A stretch of DNA of 64,000 nt from Acidisarcina sp. (GTDB taxonomy: Bacteria > Acidobacteriota > Terriglobia > Terriglobales > Acidobacteriaceae): contig DASWUZ010000123.1 in assembly GCA_036401395.1 (NCBI GenBank), positions 3,597 through 67,596 on the forward strand. Reading direction: 5' to 3'. Shown here one piece after another: positions 27,656-37,731 of the stretch (its first letter is position 1; each line of letters opens with the position of its first letter). The notes below the pieces were generated by a model that worked only from the letters and a program-made list of their open reading frames with translations, made no database searches and was not told the DNA's origin. Both the position numbers and the translations under genes were made by a program.

Positions 27656-28651
27656 ATGCCCGCGAAGCAGTCCCCAAAAATTCCCGCGAAACGAACTAAG
27701 CAAGAGAGCCCCGGCCTCGCGGCGGTCAAACCGATCCCCAGGATCGGCGTTCATCTTTCCACTTCCGGTGGCATCTTCACCGCGGCCGAACGCGCCCATG
27801 CCGTCGGCGCCAACACCTTTCAGATATTTTCTTCCAGTCCCCGCATGTGGCGCGCCTCGACGCTCAGCGCCGAACACTGCGCACGCATGACGGAACTGCG
27901 CGAACAATACGATTGCGCGCCGCTAGTTATTCACACCAGCTACCTCGTAAATCTATGCAGCCAGTCCGCCGAGGTCCGCGCAAAATCCGTTCGCGCCTTC
28001 CGCGGCGAAGTAGAACGCGCCCTCGCCCTCGGCGCACAGTATCTCGTGCTCCATCCCGGCTCGTGGCGCGGCCTCACTCGCGAAGAGGGCCTCAACCTCG
28101 CCGCCGCATCCATTGCCGCCGCGCTCGACGGCCTTCCCTACCAGGACTGCGACTTCAGGGTGCTGATCGAAAACACTGCAGGTTCTGAATTCTCGCTCGG
28201 CGGCTCGCTCGAACAGGTCGCCGAGCTTATTGATCGTCTTAGGGACATCGTCCCCGTCGGAGCGTGCCTCGATACCTGTCATACGCATGTCGCGGGCTAC
28301 GACATCGTAAGCGCCAAGGGATACGCAGCGACCATCGCGCAGATCAATTCGCTGCTTGGTGCCGACAACGTCAAGGTCTGGCACATGAACGATGCCAAGG
28401 CACCGCGCGGCTCAAAACTCGACCGACATCAGCACATCGGCGGGGGCACGATCGGCCTCGAAACTTTTCGCCGCTTGCTTCATGAACCATGCTTCGCTCA
28501 TTGCGCCTTCATCGCCGAAACGCCGGTGGACGACGACGGCGACGAAGCCAGCAACGTCGCCCTGCTGCAGAGACTCGCGCGCTCCGACGCTTCTACCGCG
28601 CGCCAGCGAAAGACCTCACGCACTCTACGGCGTAAAATTGCTTCTGACTAA
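27656..28651 (+). CDS. nfo: Endonuclease IV (AP endonuclease family 2) with basic N- and C-terminal extensions
   Basis: ORF 331 aa. IGVHLSTSGG, FQIFSSSPRMW, VIHTSYLVNL, LIENTAG, CLDTCH, HMNDAK. Confidence 0.85.
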   Translation: MPAKQSPKIPAKRTKQESPGLAAVKPIPRIGVHLSTSGGIFTAAERAHAVGANTFQIFSSSPRMWRASTLSAEHCARMTELREQYDCAPLVIHTSYLVNLCSQSAEVRAKSVRAFRGEVERALALGAQYLVLHPGSWRGLTREEGLNLAAASIAAALDGLPYQDCDFRVLIENTAGSEFSLGGSLEQVAELIDRLRDIVPVGACLDTCHTHVAGYDIVSAKGYAATIAQINSLLGADNVKVWHMNDAKAPRGSKLDRHQHIGGGTIGLETFRRLLHEPCFAHCAFIAETPVDDDGDEASNVALLQRLARSDASTARQRKTSRTLRRKIASD

Positions 28652-28725
28652 CGAGAGAACAGCACGGCCGGAGAAATAATCAGGGCCTAAAGCACTGAGA
28701 TAAGACGCTCGCTGAGAAGCAATCC

Positions 28726-29133
28726 ATGACTAAAATCGACCACCTTGGAATCGCAGTAAAAAGCATTGCCGAGTCGCGCCGCCTCTACGAAGCGCTGGGG
28801 CTCACGGTCCTCCGGGAAGAATCAGTGGATCAAGAACAGGTCCTCACCGCCATGATTCCGACCGGGGAGAGCCGCATCGAGTTACTCGAACCGACAGCGG
28901 ACGACTCGCCCATCGGGCGTTTTCTCGCAAAGAATGGAGAAGGCCTTCACCACGTCGCGCTCCACGTCGACGACATCTCCGCGACACTCGAAGATCTGAA
29001 GACCCGCGGCGTACGCCTCGTCTCGGACGAAATCCAGACCGGCGCCGGAGGCCATCTTTACTTCTTCATTCATCCTGAAAGCGCAGGCGGAGTCCTGATC
29101 GAAATTTGCCAGGACGAAATCACAGGCGTCTGA
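28726..29133 (+). CDS. mce: Methylmalonyl-CoA epimerase (VOC/glyoxalase-fold)
   Basis: ORF 135 aa. IDHLGIAV, GEGLHHVALHVDDI, and a C-terminal LIEI motif. Confidence 0.8.
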   Translation: MTKIDHLGIAVKSIAESRRLYEALGLTVLREESVDQEQVLTAMIPTGESRIELLEPTADDSPIGRFLAKNGEGLHHVALHVDDISATLEDLKTRGVRLVSDEIQTGAGGHLYFFIHPESAGGVLIEICQDEITGV

Positions 29134-29852
29134 TGCACTCACTACAGCAAAGCCCCGTCCTACTAGCGATTGATACCTGCGGGCCGACGGGTAGCGTAGC
29201 CATTGGCCGAATAGAATCCGGCCGCATCGACCGCGCGTCCGCCAGCAGCGTAAGGGTCCTCGCCACAGCCGAACTTGCTCCCAAGACTTACGCGGCTCAG
29301 CTTTTACCGGCCATCGAAAACGCCCTCCGCGACGCCGGCATGACCTTGACGGACCTGAGCGGGATCGTAGTCGTCAACGGCCCAGGCAGCTTCACCGGCG
29401 TACGCGTCGGAGTCAGTGCAGCCAAGGGTCTTGCCGAGGGGGCGAACCTGCCCGTTATCGCTGTTTCGCGCCTAGAACTACTAGCCTGCCAGGCCCCCTG
29501 CAACACCTGCGCCGCGCTCGACGCAGGCCGGGGTGAATTCTACGTCGGCCTCTGCCGAAACGGCATCCTCGAAACTGAATCGCTCTACACCCTCACCGAA
29601 CTCCTCGGCGCTGTCCGCGAAGCGAACCTCGGAATCGTAGTGTGCGAAGTGGGGCCGGCGTCGCTACTGCGCGAGCGGCCTCAGAATGTCCTGCAGGTCA
29701 CACCACCCACCGCAGCCAACGCGATCTCAGCCTGCGTCTGCCGCTTTTTCGCGAATCACTTCGCCGACGTGGCAACGCTGGACGGCAATTATCTCCGCCG
29801 CCCCTACGCCGAGAACGCCGCAAACCAAATCACGCCAGCAGCGAGTCGATGA
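29133..29852 (+). CDS. tsaB: tRNA t6A37 biosynthesis protein TsaB
   Basis: ORF 29106..29852 trimmed to ATG 29133, which overlaps the mce stop. LLAIDTCGPTGSVAIG, GPGSFTGVRVGVSAAKGLA. Followed by rimI, as in many bacteria. Confidence 0.8.
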   Translation: MHSLQQSPVLLAIDTCGPTGSVAIGRIESGRIDRASASSVRVLATAELAPKTYAAQLLPAIENALRDAGMTLTDLSGIVVVNGPGSFTGVRVGVSAAKGLAEGANLPVIAVSRLELLACQAPCNTCAALDAGRGEFYVGLCRNGILETESLYTLTELLGAVREANLGIVVCEVGPASLLRERPQNVLQVTPPTAANAISACVCRFFANHFADVATLDGNYLRRPYAENAANQITPAASR

Positions 29853-30424
29853 CTTCACTACCGCACGGTCGGACCGCAGACCATGCCGCCAACCCCGGCC
29901 ACTCAAGCATCCGCCGAATGACGGCAAGGGACGTCGAAGCCGTCGTTGCACTGGAACGAGCAACGCCCGAAGCGCCCCACTGGTCTCGCGACGACTACGA
30001 AAGCATCCTCGCCACACAGCCCGGGCCCATTGGCAGAGCCGCGCTCATTGCCGAATCGCACGGCCAACTTGAAGGCTTCGCAGTGATGCGTCACCTTCAA
30101 CTGCCCTCATCGCCCGGGCACTCTCAGCAAGTCCACTGCGAACTCGAATCGATCGTAGTGGCCGCTAACTTGCGAGCACGAGGCATCGGCCTCCAACTGA
30201 TGAACGCCATGCTGGACCTCGCCGCGTCAATCGGAGCCGACCGGTTCGAATTAGAAGTCCGCGCCTCGAATCAACCCGCGATACGCCTCTACAAACGCGT
30301 CGGGCTGACCCTGCAAGGCCGCCGTCCCAACTATTACTCCGACCCCACGGACGATGCCGTCCTCATGGCGAAAATTCTCAATCCCGCCATGCAGGAAACT
30401 CCCTCGACGGACGACCGCAAGTGA
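29849..30424 (+). CDS. rimI: Ribosomal-protein-alanine N-acetyltransferase (GNAT)
   Basis: ORF 29642..30424 trimmed to ATG 29849 (ATGA overlap with the tsaB stop). GNAT motif A RARGIGLQLMNAMLDLA; also RLYKRVGL. Confidence 0.8.
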   Translation: MTSLPHGRTADHAANPGHSSIRRMTARDVEAVVALERATPEAPHWSRDDYESILATQPGPIGRAALIAESHGQLEGFAVMRHLQLPSSPGHSQQVHCELESIVVAANLRARGIGLQLMNAMLDLAASIGADRFELEVRASNQPAIRLYKRVGLTLQGRRPNYYSDPTDDAVLMAKILNPAMQETPSTDDRK

Positions 30425-30529
30425 CCAACGTTTCACTTCGAAGAAATTCACAGATCAAAACGGACTCCACCTCTTGAGCGTCGCATCTTCGAAGTGGTAG
30501 TTTGAAAGCCACATCGAAAGAGGTGCTCT

Positions 30530-30730
30530 ATGGCAATGGAAACAGCCGAAGCGTCACCCGTCCTCAACCACCTGCAGGCCCAGCACCGCTCCTACGAAGC
30601 CATGCTCCAATCGCTCGCCCAGCGGCCCTACCTCACCGAAGAAGAAAAACTCGAAGAGGTCCGCCTCAAAAAGCTAAAGCTCCACGTGAAAGATGAAATG
30701 GAAGCGCTCCGGGCCATACACTCCGCCTGA
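30530..30730 (+). CDS. DUF465 (YdcH-like) small coiled-coil protein
   Basis: ORF 66 aa with AAGAGG upstream. LTEEEKLEEVRLKKLKLHVKDEM pattern. Confidence 0.65.
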   Translation: MAMETAEASPVLNHLQAQHRSYEAMLQSLAQRPYLTEEEKLEEVRLKKLKLHVKDEMEALRAIHSA

Positions 30731-30868
30731 AGCACCCGCCACATGCGACTCCATGCTGACGTCATCGTCTCGGCCACGCTCGGGGTGCGTGTTCCCCCAG
30801 TCTTCTGCACTTTGAAAGGGCGTACTCAAGGCGAACTAGCCGTAAGTAGACAACACATCCAAGGAAGC

Positions 30869-31324
30869 TCAAATCGTAGGAATAAGGATTTCAGTAACCA
30901 GTTCGTCCACAGGCGTCACTCGCGGGTCTTTCACGTAGTTCTCGATACAAAAATCGTCGCGCATCGCAATCCCCCGCTCAGACACCACGTCAAACACGCG
31001 CCCACTCGCCTCGGCTAACTGAGAGTAAGGCCCGGTCAAGACGAACCGGCTATACTTGCCGCCCTCAAAAACCGCGTACTCCACTCCCTCTGGCAGTTCC
31101 TCAGGCCCACCCGAAAGCGAAACGCCGGCGCGGTAGATCTGCGGTCCGCGCTTGTAGAGGCTCATGTAGCCAGTTACTGTGTTGCTCTTGGAAATGCCGC
31201 CAAGGATTGAGTGCAAGGTCCCCCAAGCCTCGGGTGCATTCTTTTCAAACGGCCCCACTCTCTCGACGAAAACATAATGCGTTTCGGGCCACGTTACGAT
31301 TTCAGGTTCTTCGTTCAGACTCAT
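30869..31324 (-). CDS. GyrI-like small-molecule-binding domain protein
   Basis: ORF 151 aa. Pattern PETHYVFVERVGPF...AWGTL...YAVFEGG...GPY is typical of the GyrI-like/SOUL effector-binding fold. Confidence 0.6.
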   Translation of the reverse strand: MSLNEEPEIVTWPETHYVFVERVGPFEKNAPEAWGTLHSILGGISKSNTVTGYMSLYKRGPQIYRAGVSLSGGPEELPEGVEYAVFEGGKYSRFVLTGPYSQLAEASGRVFDVVSERGIAMRDDFCIENYVKDPRVTPVDELVTEILIPTI

Positions 31325-31424
31325 CTCTTCTCCTTGATTCTTGCTCTGTAAGCTACCATTCCCATGTGAACCGCGCCCGCATTCGCATCGGCAAAGCGAA
31401 GATTCTATAATCGGGTTCTAGCCT

Positions 31425-32120
31425 ATGGTGCGTGACGGATATTTTTACGGCGGGACGCTCTTGCTGGTTGCGGCGGCGATCTATTACCTTACCGGCAGCT
31501 GGATTTGGCCCATCTTGCCCATCCTGCTTGCCGCGTTCTTTCTCTGGTTCTTCCGCGATCCGCGTCGTGTTATTCCTTCTGGTCCAGGCCTGATCGTTTC
31601 GCCCGGCGACGGCCTCGTCACCAGCACTGACGTTATCGAGACACCGGCGGGACCAAAACTTCGCATCAGCATCTTTCTAAATGTCTTCAACGTCCACGTC
31701 AACCGGTCGCCTATTGCCGGTATATTGCGCGAGGTCCACTACCAGCACGGCAAATACCTTAACGCGATGAACCCCGACTCCGCCGATCACAACGAGCAAA
31801 ACATCGTGGTCGTAGAGGGCGAGGAATCCGGTATTTCCTACGAAGTGACTTTCAAGCAGATCGCCGGCCTCCTCGCCCGCCGCATTGTCTTCACCAAGCA
31901 TGCCGGTGAACGGGTTGCCCGCGGCGAACGCGTCGGCCTGATTAAATTTGGGTCGCGCGTCGACGTCGTGCTACCTCCTGAAGCCACCCTCCGCGTCGCG
32001 AAGGGCGATCACGTTCAAGGTGGGGCAACTGTTCTGGCCCAGATTCAAACCTTACCTGAGTTAGCCGGTGCCATCGCTTCCTCAGCCTCCGAGACCACCA
32101 TGATGACGGCGGGCCATTGA
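31425..32120 (+). CDS. psd: Phosphatidylserine decarboxylase proenzyme (short form)
   Basis: ORF 231 aa with an N-terminal [18 protein letters not shown], and [11 protein letters not shown] carrying the GS self-cleavage site. Confidence 0.85.
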   Translation: MVRDGYFYGGTLLLVAAAIYYLTGSWIWPILPILLAAFFLWFFRDPRRVIPSGPGLIVSPGDGLVTSTDVIETPAGPKLRISIFLNVFNVHVNRSPIAGILREVHYQHGKYLNAMNPDSADHNEQNIVVVEGEESGISYEVTFKQIAGLLARRIVFTKHAGERVARGERVGLIKFGSRVDVVLPPEATLRVAKGDHVQGGATVLAQIQTLPELAGAIASSASETTMMTAGH

Positions 32121-33043
32121 ACGGTAACCGCATGAATGGCGAGCCTGGGAATGGAGGCCGCGCGAACGGCGGACCCGTCAACGGCGACCGGGTGATTGAC
32201 AAGACAGAGCGCAGAGAACGCCGACGCCGACGCGGAATGTACATCCTTCCATCACTCTTTACCTCAGGAAACATCGCCGCTGGCTACTTCGCCATCACCC
32301 AGAGCCTTGACGGCTCAGCGCTCGCTCCGCAACATTTCGACTACGCCGCACTGGCCATCGGCTTCGCTATCCCGTTCGATTCGCTTGACGGACGCATCGC
32401 GCGTATGACCAACACGACCAGCGACTTTGGCAAGGAACTCGATTCGCTCGCCGACGTCATAACGTTTGGGGTGGCCCCCAGCATTCTTGCGTTCGCGTGG
32501 GGCTTCCGCATGCTGCCCCTTACGATGGAGCCGATGCTGCGCCAGCAACTTGTTGATCTTGGCGCATTTTTTTGTTTCCTCTTTCTCATCTGCGGAGCGG
32601 GGCGTCTCGCGCGCTTCAACATCAGCCACAATCCTCTGCCTAAGAATCCCGGCCGCCCCGACCGCAAATATTTTGTTGGAATGCCCATTCCCGCTGCTGC
32701 TGGGATGGTCGCGGCGGTGGTCCATTTCTTTCGCGGACGACCTGTCGCAGCCTGGTGGCTGGCCGTTACGTGGATGGCGCTCGTCGCGCTCATCGGCTTT
32801 CTGATGGTGAGCACATGGCGCTTTTGGAGCGGTAAGGAAATCAATCTCTCCAACCGCCATCCCATCCGCTGGATCGCCGTCTTTGGCATTAGCCTCTATG
32901 CCCTCGTAATGTTTTCGCAGGTTCTGCTCTTCGTCGCCGCGACCGGCTATATGTTCTCTGGAATCTTCGCTAGGTTCGCCTACTCGTGGTCGCGCAAGCG
33001 AAAGGCACCGCCAGAAATTCCCACCCCACCGTCCCTCTCATAA
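32117..33043 (+). CDS. pssA: CDP-diacylglycerol--serine O-phosphatidyltransferase
   Basis: ORF 308 aa, overlapping the psd stop. CDP-alcohol phosphatidyltransferase motif [27 protein letters not shown]. Multi-TM. Asn/Gly-rich N-terminal extension. Confidence 0.85.
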   Translation: MNGNRMNGEPGNGGRANGGPVNGDRVIDKTERRERRRRRGMYILPSLFTSGNIAAGYFAITQSLDGSALAPQHFDYAALAIGFAIPFDSLDGRIARMTNTTSDFGKELDSLADVITFGVAPSILAFAWGFRMLPLTMEPMLRQQLVDLGAFFCFLFLICGAGRLARFNISHNPLPKNPGRPDRKYFVGMPIPAAAGMVAAVVHFFRGRPVAAWWLAVTWMALVALIGFLMVSTWRFWSGKEINLSNRHPIRWIAVFGISLYALVMFSQVLLFVAATGYMFSGIFARFAYSWSRKRKAPPEIPTPPSLS

Positions 33044-33073
33044 CTTTACTGTTAGCCTGTCGAAGACAAGCCC

Positions 33074-34111
33074 ATGCCAGACAACTACAAAATTGCGATC
33101 GTCGGAGCGACATCACTCAGAGGCAAAGAGCTCGCCGAATCACTAGCCGAGTCGCCCTTCTCATCCGCCGACATCATTCTGCTCGACGACGAATCGCTTT
33201 CCGGACAGGTCGATACTTCAGGCGAGGAAGTGGCCTTCATTCAGAAGGTGGAGCCCACGTCGTTCGACCACATCGACTTCGCATTCTTCACCTCCAACGA
33301 AGCGACCACCCGTCTCCACTGGCAGAGCGCCGTCCGCTCTGGAACCAGTGTCGTCGACCTCACTGCCGCTCTGGATACGGAACCAAAGGTCCTCGTGCGT
33401 GCGCCCTGGGTCGGCGAGGAAATGAACGGATCGACCCAGGACTTCCCCGATCTTCGCACGCCGGCAATCGTTCCCGCGCATCCAGCAGCCGTCGCGCTGG
33501 CACTGCTGCTTGCTCGGGTGAAAGATGCAGCCGCCATTCGCAGCGCCTGGGCTACGATTCTCGAGCCTGCCTCAGAGCACGGTCGCGCCGCGATGGACGA
33601 GCTTCATCAGCAAACCGTGACTCTGCTTTCCTTCCAGAATCTTCCGAGGGAAATCTACGATGCGCAGGTCGCGTTCAACCTTGTGCCCGTGCTCGGTGAG
33701 GCAGCAAAGATCAACCTCGGAGCAACCGCCGATAGTATCCGCAAACATTACGCGCTGCTCTCCGGCGGACGCCTGCCCTCGGTTGGCATCCAGCTGATTC
33801 ACGTGCCAGTGTTCCACGGTTACGGCATTTCGCTAGCCGTCGAGTTGGAACATGCCGCCACCCTTGAGCATCTCGAAGCGGCCCTGAGCGGCGACCACGT
33901 CGACATTATGCTTGGCGACGCGGACGCGCCCAGCAATCTCAGCTCCGCCGGTCAGGGCGAAATTCTGGTCCGCATCCGCTCCGAAGACGGCGTGCAGTCG
34001 AAGCGGTTCTGGATTTGGGCCTCGATGGACAACCTGAAAATCGCCGCTGAAAACGCGGTAGCCTGCGCCCTTGAGCTACGCCGCCTTAGACCTCAGGGTA
34101 CAGTTCAATAG
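33074..34111 (+). CDS. Aspartate-semialdehyde dehydrogenase-like protein (Asd/ArgC fold) without the catalytic cysteine
   Basis: ORF 345 aa. N-terminal Rossmann KIAIVGATSLRG. Asd-like segments ILEPASEHGRAAMDEL and IHVPVFHGYGISL. The only Cys is near the C-terminus (VACALEL). Confidence 0.65.
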   Translation: MPDNYKIAIVGATSLRGKELAESLAESPFSSADIILLDDESLSGQVDTSGEEVAFIQKVEPTSFDHIDFAFFTSNEATTRLHWQSAVRSGTSVVDLTAALDTEPKVLVRAPWVGEEMNGSTQDFPDLRTPAIVPAHPAAVALALLLARVKDAAAIRSAWATILEPASEHGRAAMDELHQQTVTLLSFQNLPREIYDAQVAFNLVPVLGEAAKINLGATADSIRKHYALLSGGRLPSVGIQLIHVPVFHGYGISLAVELEHAATLEHLEAALSGDHVDIMLGDADAPSNLSSAGQGEILVRIRSEDGVQSKRFWIWASMDNLKIAAENAVACALELRRLRPQGTVQ

Positions 34112-34132
34112 ATACTCGCTCACTCCCCGGGC

Positions 34133-35368
34133 TTATGCGGAAACCTTACAGGATTCCAGCCAACGCCGATGCTGCCCTAGGATGAAGTTGTCGGTCATGC
34201 CTGCAATATAATCTGCGACTACACGAATGACGCCTTCACCGTTGATCCTGGTCTCATACCCCGCTGGCAGCAGCGACGGATCAGCGATCCAAGCCCCGAA
34301 TAAATCGCAAATCACCCGCCCGGCCTGTTCCCGGTCATGCGCCAGCTCTCCGCTGTCATAAAGCTGCCCATGGAGATAGCGCTTGGCCTGAAGCCGCAAC
34401 GCCTCCATAGGTGGAGAAAACACCACCAGCCGATCCGGTGACCGGCGAACGCCTTCAAGATCAACCAAGCGAGCGGACTGTATGCGGCGATGCGTCTCTG
34501 CAATCAGATCGCTTACCATTGCGTTCAACATCCGCTTAAGGGCCTCGTTGAACACCAGCTTGGCCGGAACCCCGCCATGCACCCGCTCCATCGGTACGTA
34601 AAATTGCTCAAGTAGCGGCACATGCTCGCGAATATCTTCGAGCGATAAAATTCCGGACTCCAGCCCATCGTCGAAATCAGCCGTTGTATAGGCAATCTCG
34701 TCCGCGACATCGATTAACTGCGCCTCAAGCGGAGGCCGAAGGTCGAGAAAATAAGCGCCCAGCTCCGGGTGCTCCGTCGCAGGATAATCGCGGGAATGCT
34801 TTACGATGCCCTCTCGAACGGCCAGCGTCAGATTCAACCCTCTAAATGCCGCATATCGCTGCTCGAAATATTCAACGATTCGCAGCGCATGCAGGTTGTG
34901 ATCGAATTTAAGTCCATGTGAGGCCAGTGCATCGTTTAGCGCATATTCACCCGAGTGCCCAAACGGTGGATGGCCGATATCATGCACCAGCGCCAGCGAC
35001 TCCGCCAGGTCTTCGTTCAAGCCGAGCGCACTCGCAATGGTCCGGGCAATCTGCGCCACTTCCATGGTGTGAGTGAGGCGGCTTCTGAAGTGATCGGAGA
35101 AGCGGTCAGTAAACACTTGAGTCTTGCCAGCGAGCCGTCTAAAAGCCCGCGAATGAATGATTCGAGCGCGGTCCCTCTGGAAGGGCGACCGGTAAGGATG
35201 TTGAGGCTCGTCGTGCTCTCTGGAGACTAGTAGACCAGCATTAGCCACAGCAATCGCAGCAGGCAGCGTGAGAGCAGGAGCAATGACAGCGCCTGGGCAG
35301 GAATTAGGTATACCGTCCGCCTCCTGGTCAGCACTCATTCTTACTAACTTGCTGTGACCAGCACTCAT
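34133..35368 (-). CDS. dgt: dGTP triphosphohydrolase-like HD-domain protein
   Basis: ORF 411 aa. RSPFQRDRARIIHSRAFRRL, RLTHTMEV, LVHDIGHPPFGH. Confidence 0.85.
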   Translation of the reverse strand: MSAGHSKLVRMSADQEADGIPNSCPGAVIAPALTLPAAIAVANAGLLVSREHDEPQHPYRSPFQRDRARIIHSRAFRRLAGKTQVFTDRFSDHFRSRLTHTMEVAQIARTIASALGLNEDLAESLALVHDIGHPPFGHSGEYALNDALASHGLKFDHNLHALRIVEYFEQRYAAFRGLNLTLAVREGIVKHSRDYPATEHPELGAYFLDLRPPLEAQLIDVADEIAYTTADFDDGLESGILSLEDIREHVPLLEQFYVPMERVHGGVPAKLVFNEALKRMLNAMVSDLIAETHRRIQSARLVDLEGVRRSPDRLVVFSPPMEALRLQAKRYLHGQLYDSGELAHDREQAGRVICDLFGAWIADPSLLPAGYETRINGEGVIRVVADYIAGMTDNFILGQHRRWLESCKVSA

Positions 35369-37500
35369 TGCTGCTGTTTGTTGGTAGCCGTGCCCGATTC
35401 CTGCCGCGCGAGCTTGACCCGCGCAGTCTCAAGCTTCTTCTCGACCTTGCTGATGTCCGCGGGTTCGGCATCGGCAGCTACCGTGTGTGCATACTCCTGT
35501 AATGATAGCTCCCATTGCGCCGCAGCCAGCTTCAAGCGCCCCGTCTTCTCGTAGACCTCACCGAGATGATCGTGGACGGTAGGTTCGCTCGAATTCCGCT
35601 GCATCGCGCTGCGCAGGTTTGCCTCGGCTTTGTCGTACTGTCCCAGCTTGAAGTAAGCCCAACCCAGCGAGTCGAGATACGCATAATTCTGCGGCTCGAT
35701 CTGTACCGCTTTTTGAATCAGCGATAATGCCTCGGGCAGCTTCTCACCGCGGTCCGCAAGCATATAGCCGAGATAGTTCAACGTCATGCTGTTGTTCGCG
35801 TCTACCGCGAGTATTTTGCGGAATTCACCCTCCGCTGCCTCATACTGCTTCTGCCGCTCGTAGAGCGCTCCCCGCACAAAGTGGATGTAGATCTGTTCTT
35901 CAGGCCTCGTAGAAAGCTTCTCGGCTCTGTCGATCTCTTCCTCAGCTTCCTTCCAGCGATGCAGACGTGTATAAATTTGAGCCAGTCCAAGCTCCGTCTC
36001 GCGGTCGTCCGCTTTGCCCTTGAGCAAAGACCTGGCAAGCGCGACCCCTTCATCCGCCTTACCTGTGTCGGCAAGCTGCCCCGCGAGCATCAGCTTCAGA
36101 CTGTTGTCGTCAGGGATTTTCGCTACGGCCTCGCGGGACACGGCTGTAGCCTTGGCATAATCCTTTGCGTCACGATAGGTATCGACCATCCCCTGATAGC
36201 CACGATCGGCCTCCTCGCCGCCCAGCGCAATCATCTTCTGGTAAGCATCGATAGCCTGGGGTATCTTGTTCTCTTCGCGATACACAGTGGCAAGATGTTC
36301 CAGGAAGGTGGTACGGTTTGCCTTCTCTTCGTCGGAGTATTGTCCACTTGAGTGTTCCGAGCTGGTCACCAGCGTCAGCAATATCTGTTCTGCCTCGTCA
36401 TAACGGCCCAGGGAGTCGTTAATCAGCGCCTCGTTGAAAGGAATCTCCAGCGAATCCTTGACCAGGGCCTTGGCTTTCTTCAACGTTGCCAAAGCCTCGT
36501 CATACTTTCCCTCGTGACTTTCAATCTCCGCAATGCGGATGTAGGCGGATGCATCTTCGGGATTCCCAGCGGCCACCTCTTGAAATGCCTTGAGCGCCTC
36601 GGAAAGCTGATTGTCGCCCAAGAGCGCCTGGCCCAGCGCACGCTCCGCATCCAGGTTTTCGGGCTCAAGCTCGATTGCCTTGCGATAAGCGGCAATGGCC
36701 TTTTTCCTGTCCTTCATCTGCTCATACGTCGCGCCGAGAATAAACTCCGTCTTGGTCGTCTGATCGTCTTCAGGCAGCGCCTGAAGCAGGTCGACGGTAC
36801 GCTGCAATTCGTTGTTTTCCCGGTAATGCTCCGCCAGGCTGAGTGCGACCTCCTCGGAATCCGGATCGATCTGCTGCGCCGCCTTGAACTGTTCCTCCGC
36901 ATGGGGCGTGTCGTGCGCGACTGTGTAAAGCCGGCCCAGCAACAAACGGTTCTCTGTATTGTCAGGCTCAAGCGCAACGATCTGCATGTATTCCGAAATA
37001 GCCAGCTTCAACACCGGCTCCGACGGCACTCCGCTCTGCGAGTCGCTCAGCGAACGCAGGTAAATTCGCCCAAGGAGCTTATGCGCATCAAGGTTAGCAG
37101 GGTCCTTTTTTAGTAGCTCCTCGGCCGCTGCTATCGCTTCCTTCGCTCGACCGGTCTTGAAATAAAGCTCAGCCAGCCCATTGTTTAGAAACTTCGACGT
37201 GGGGTCCGAATTCAGCGCGAGCTTGTACTCTTCGATGGCGCGAGTTGCGTAGTCAGCGCGCTCATAGGTGGTCGCCATTTCTTCGTAATCGTGAGCAAGC
37301 GCGTAATGGTAATAGGCCGTCGCCCGGTCCGGGACCTTCTGGGCGGCGGCGGGCGCCACAGCTGCGGAACTCGCCGGCTTGCTTCCGGACGGCATTTCTG
37401 TCTGTCCATAAACAAGGCCGGGCAAGATCAGGGCCGGCAAGGATGCAAGCACGAATATACAAGTGCGGCTAAGAAAAATTGCGTGTGATTTTCGGGTCAT
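35365..37500 (-). CDS. Large TPR repeat protein, secreted or membrane-anchored
   Basis: ORF 35365..37656 trimmed to ATG 37500 (MTRKSHAIFLSRTCIFVLASLPALILPGLVYG). About 15 TPR units. Confidence 0.8.
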   Translation of the reverse strand: MTRKSHAIFLSRTCIFVLASLPALILPGLVYGQTEMPSGSKPASSAAVAPAAAQKVPDRATAYYHYALAHDYEEMATTYERADYATRAIEEYKLALNSDPTSKFLNNGLAELYFKTGRAKEAIAAAEELLKKDPANLDAHKLLGRIYLRSLSDSQSGVPSEPVLKLAISEYMQIVALEPDNTENRLLLGRLYTVAHDTPHAEEQFKAAQQIDPDSEEVALSLAEHYRENNELQRTVDLLQALPEDDQTTKTEFILGATYEQMKDRKKAIAAYRKAIELEPENLDAERALGQALLGDNQLSEALKAFQEVAAGNPEDASAYIRIAEIESHEGKYDEALATLKKAKALVKDSLEIPFNEALINDSLGRYDEAEQILLTLVTSSEHSSGQYSDEEKANRTTFLEHLATVYREENKIPQAIDAYQKMIALGGEEADRGYQGMVDTYRDAKDYAKATAVSREAVAKIPDDNSLKLMLAGQLADTGKADEGVALARSLLKGKADDRETELGLAQIYTRLHRWKEAEEEIDRAEKLSTRPEEQIYIHFVRGALYERQKQYEAAEGEFRKILAVDANNSMTLNYLGYMLADRGEKLPEALSLIQKAVQIEPQNYAYLDSLGWAYFKLGQYDKAEANLRSAMQRNSSEPTVHDHLGEVYEKTGRLKLAAAQWELSLQEYAHTVAADAEPADISKVEKKLETARVKLARQESGTATNKQQQ

Positions 37501-37731
37501 CTTTGTATGGAATCCAATAGAAAGGGTACTGCCAGTCGTCCCGGCCCATACGGCACCCATCGGACTTCTGCCTGCTCTGTTATTGAGACGATTGTAACCT
37601 TGAATAGGCTTCCTTACCTCACATGACCAAAGTCCGGTTTGGTGAGGCACCGTCACCCGCTCGACCTGGCCGCGCGTAGATAGTTTTTACCTGTCTTCGA
37701 CGGACGCAAGGATTCCGTGCAAGGAAGCGGG

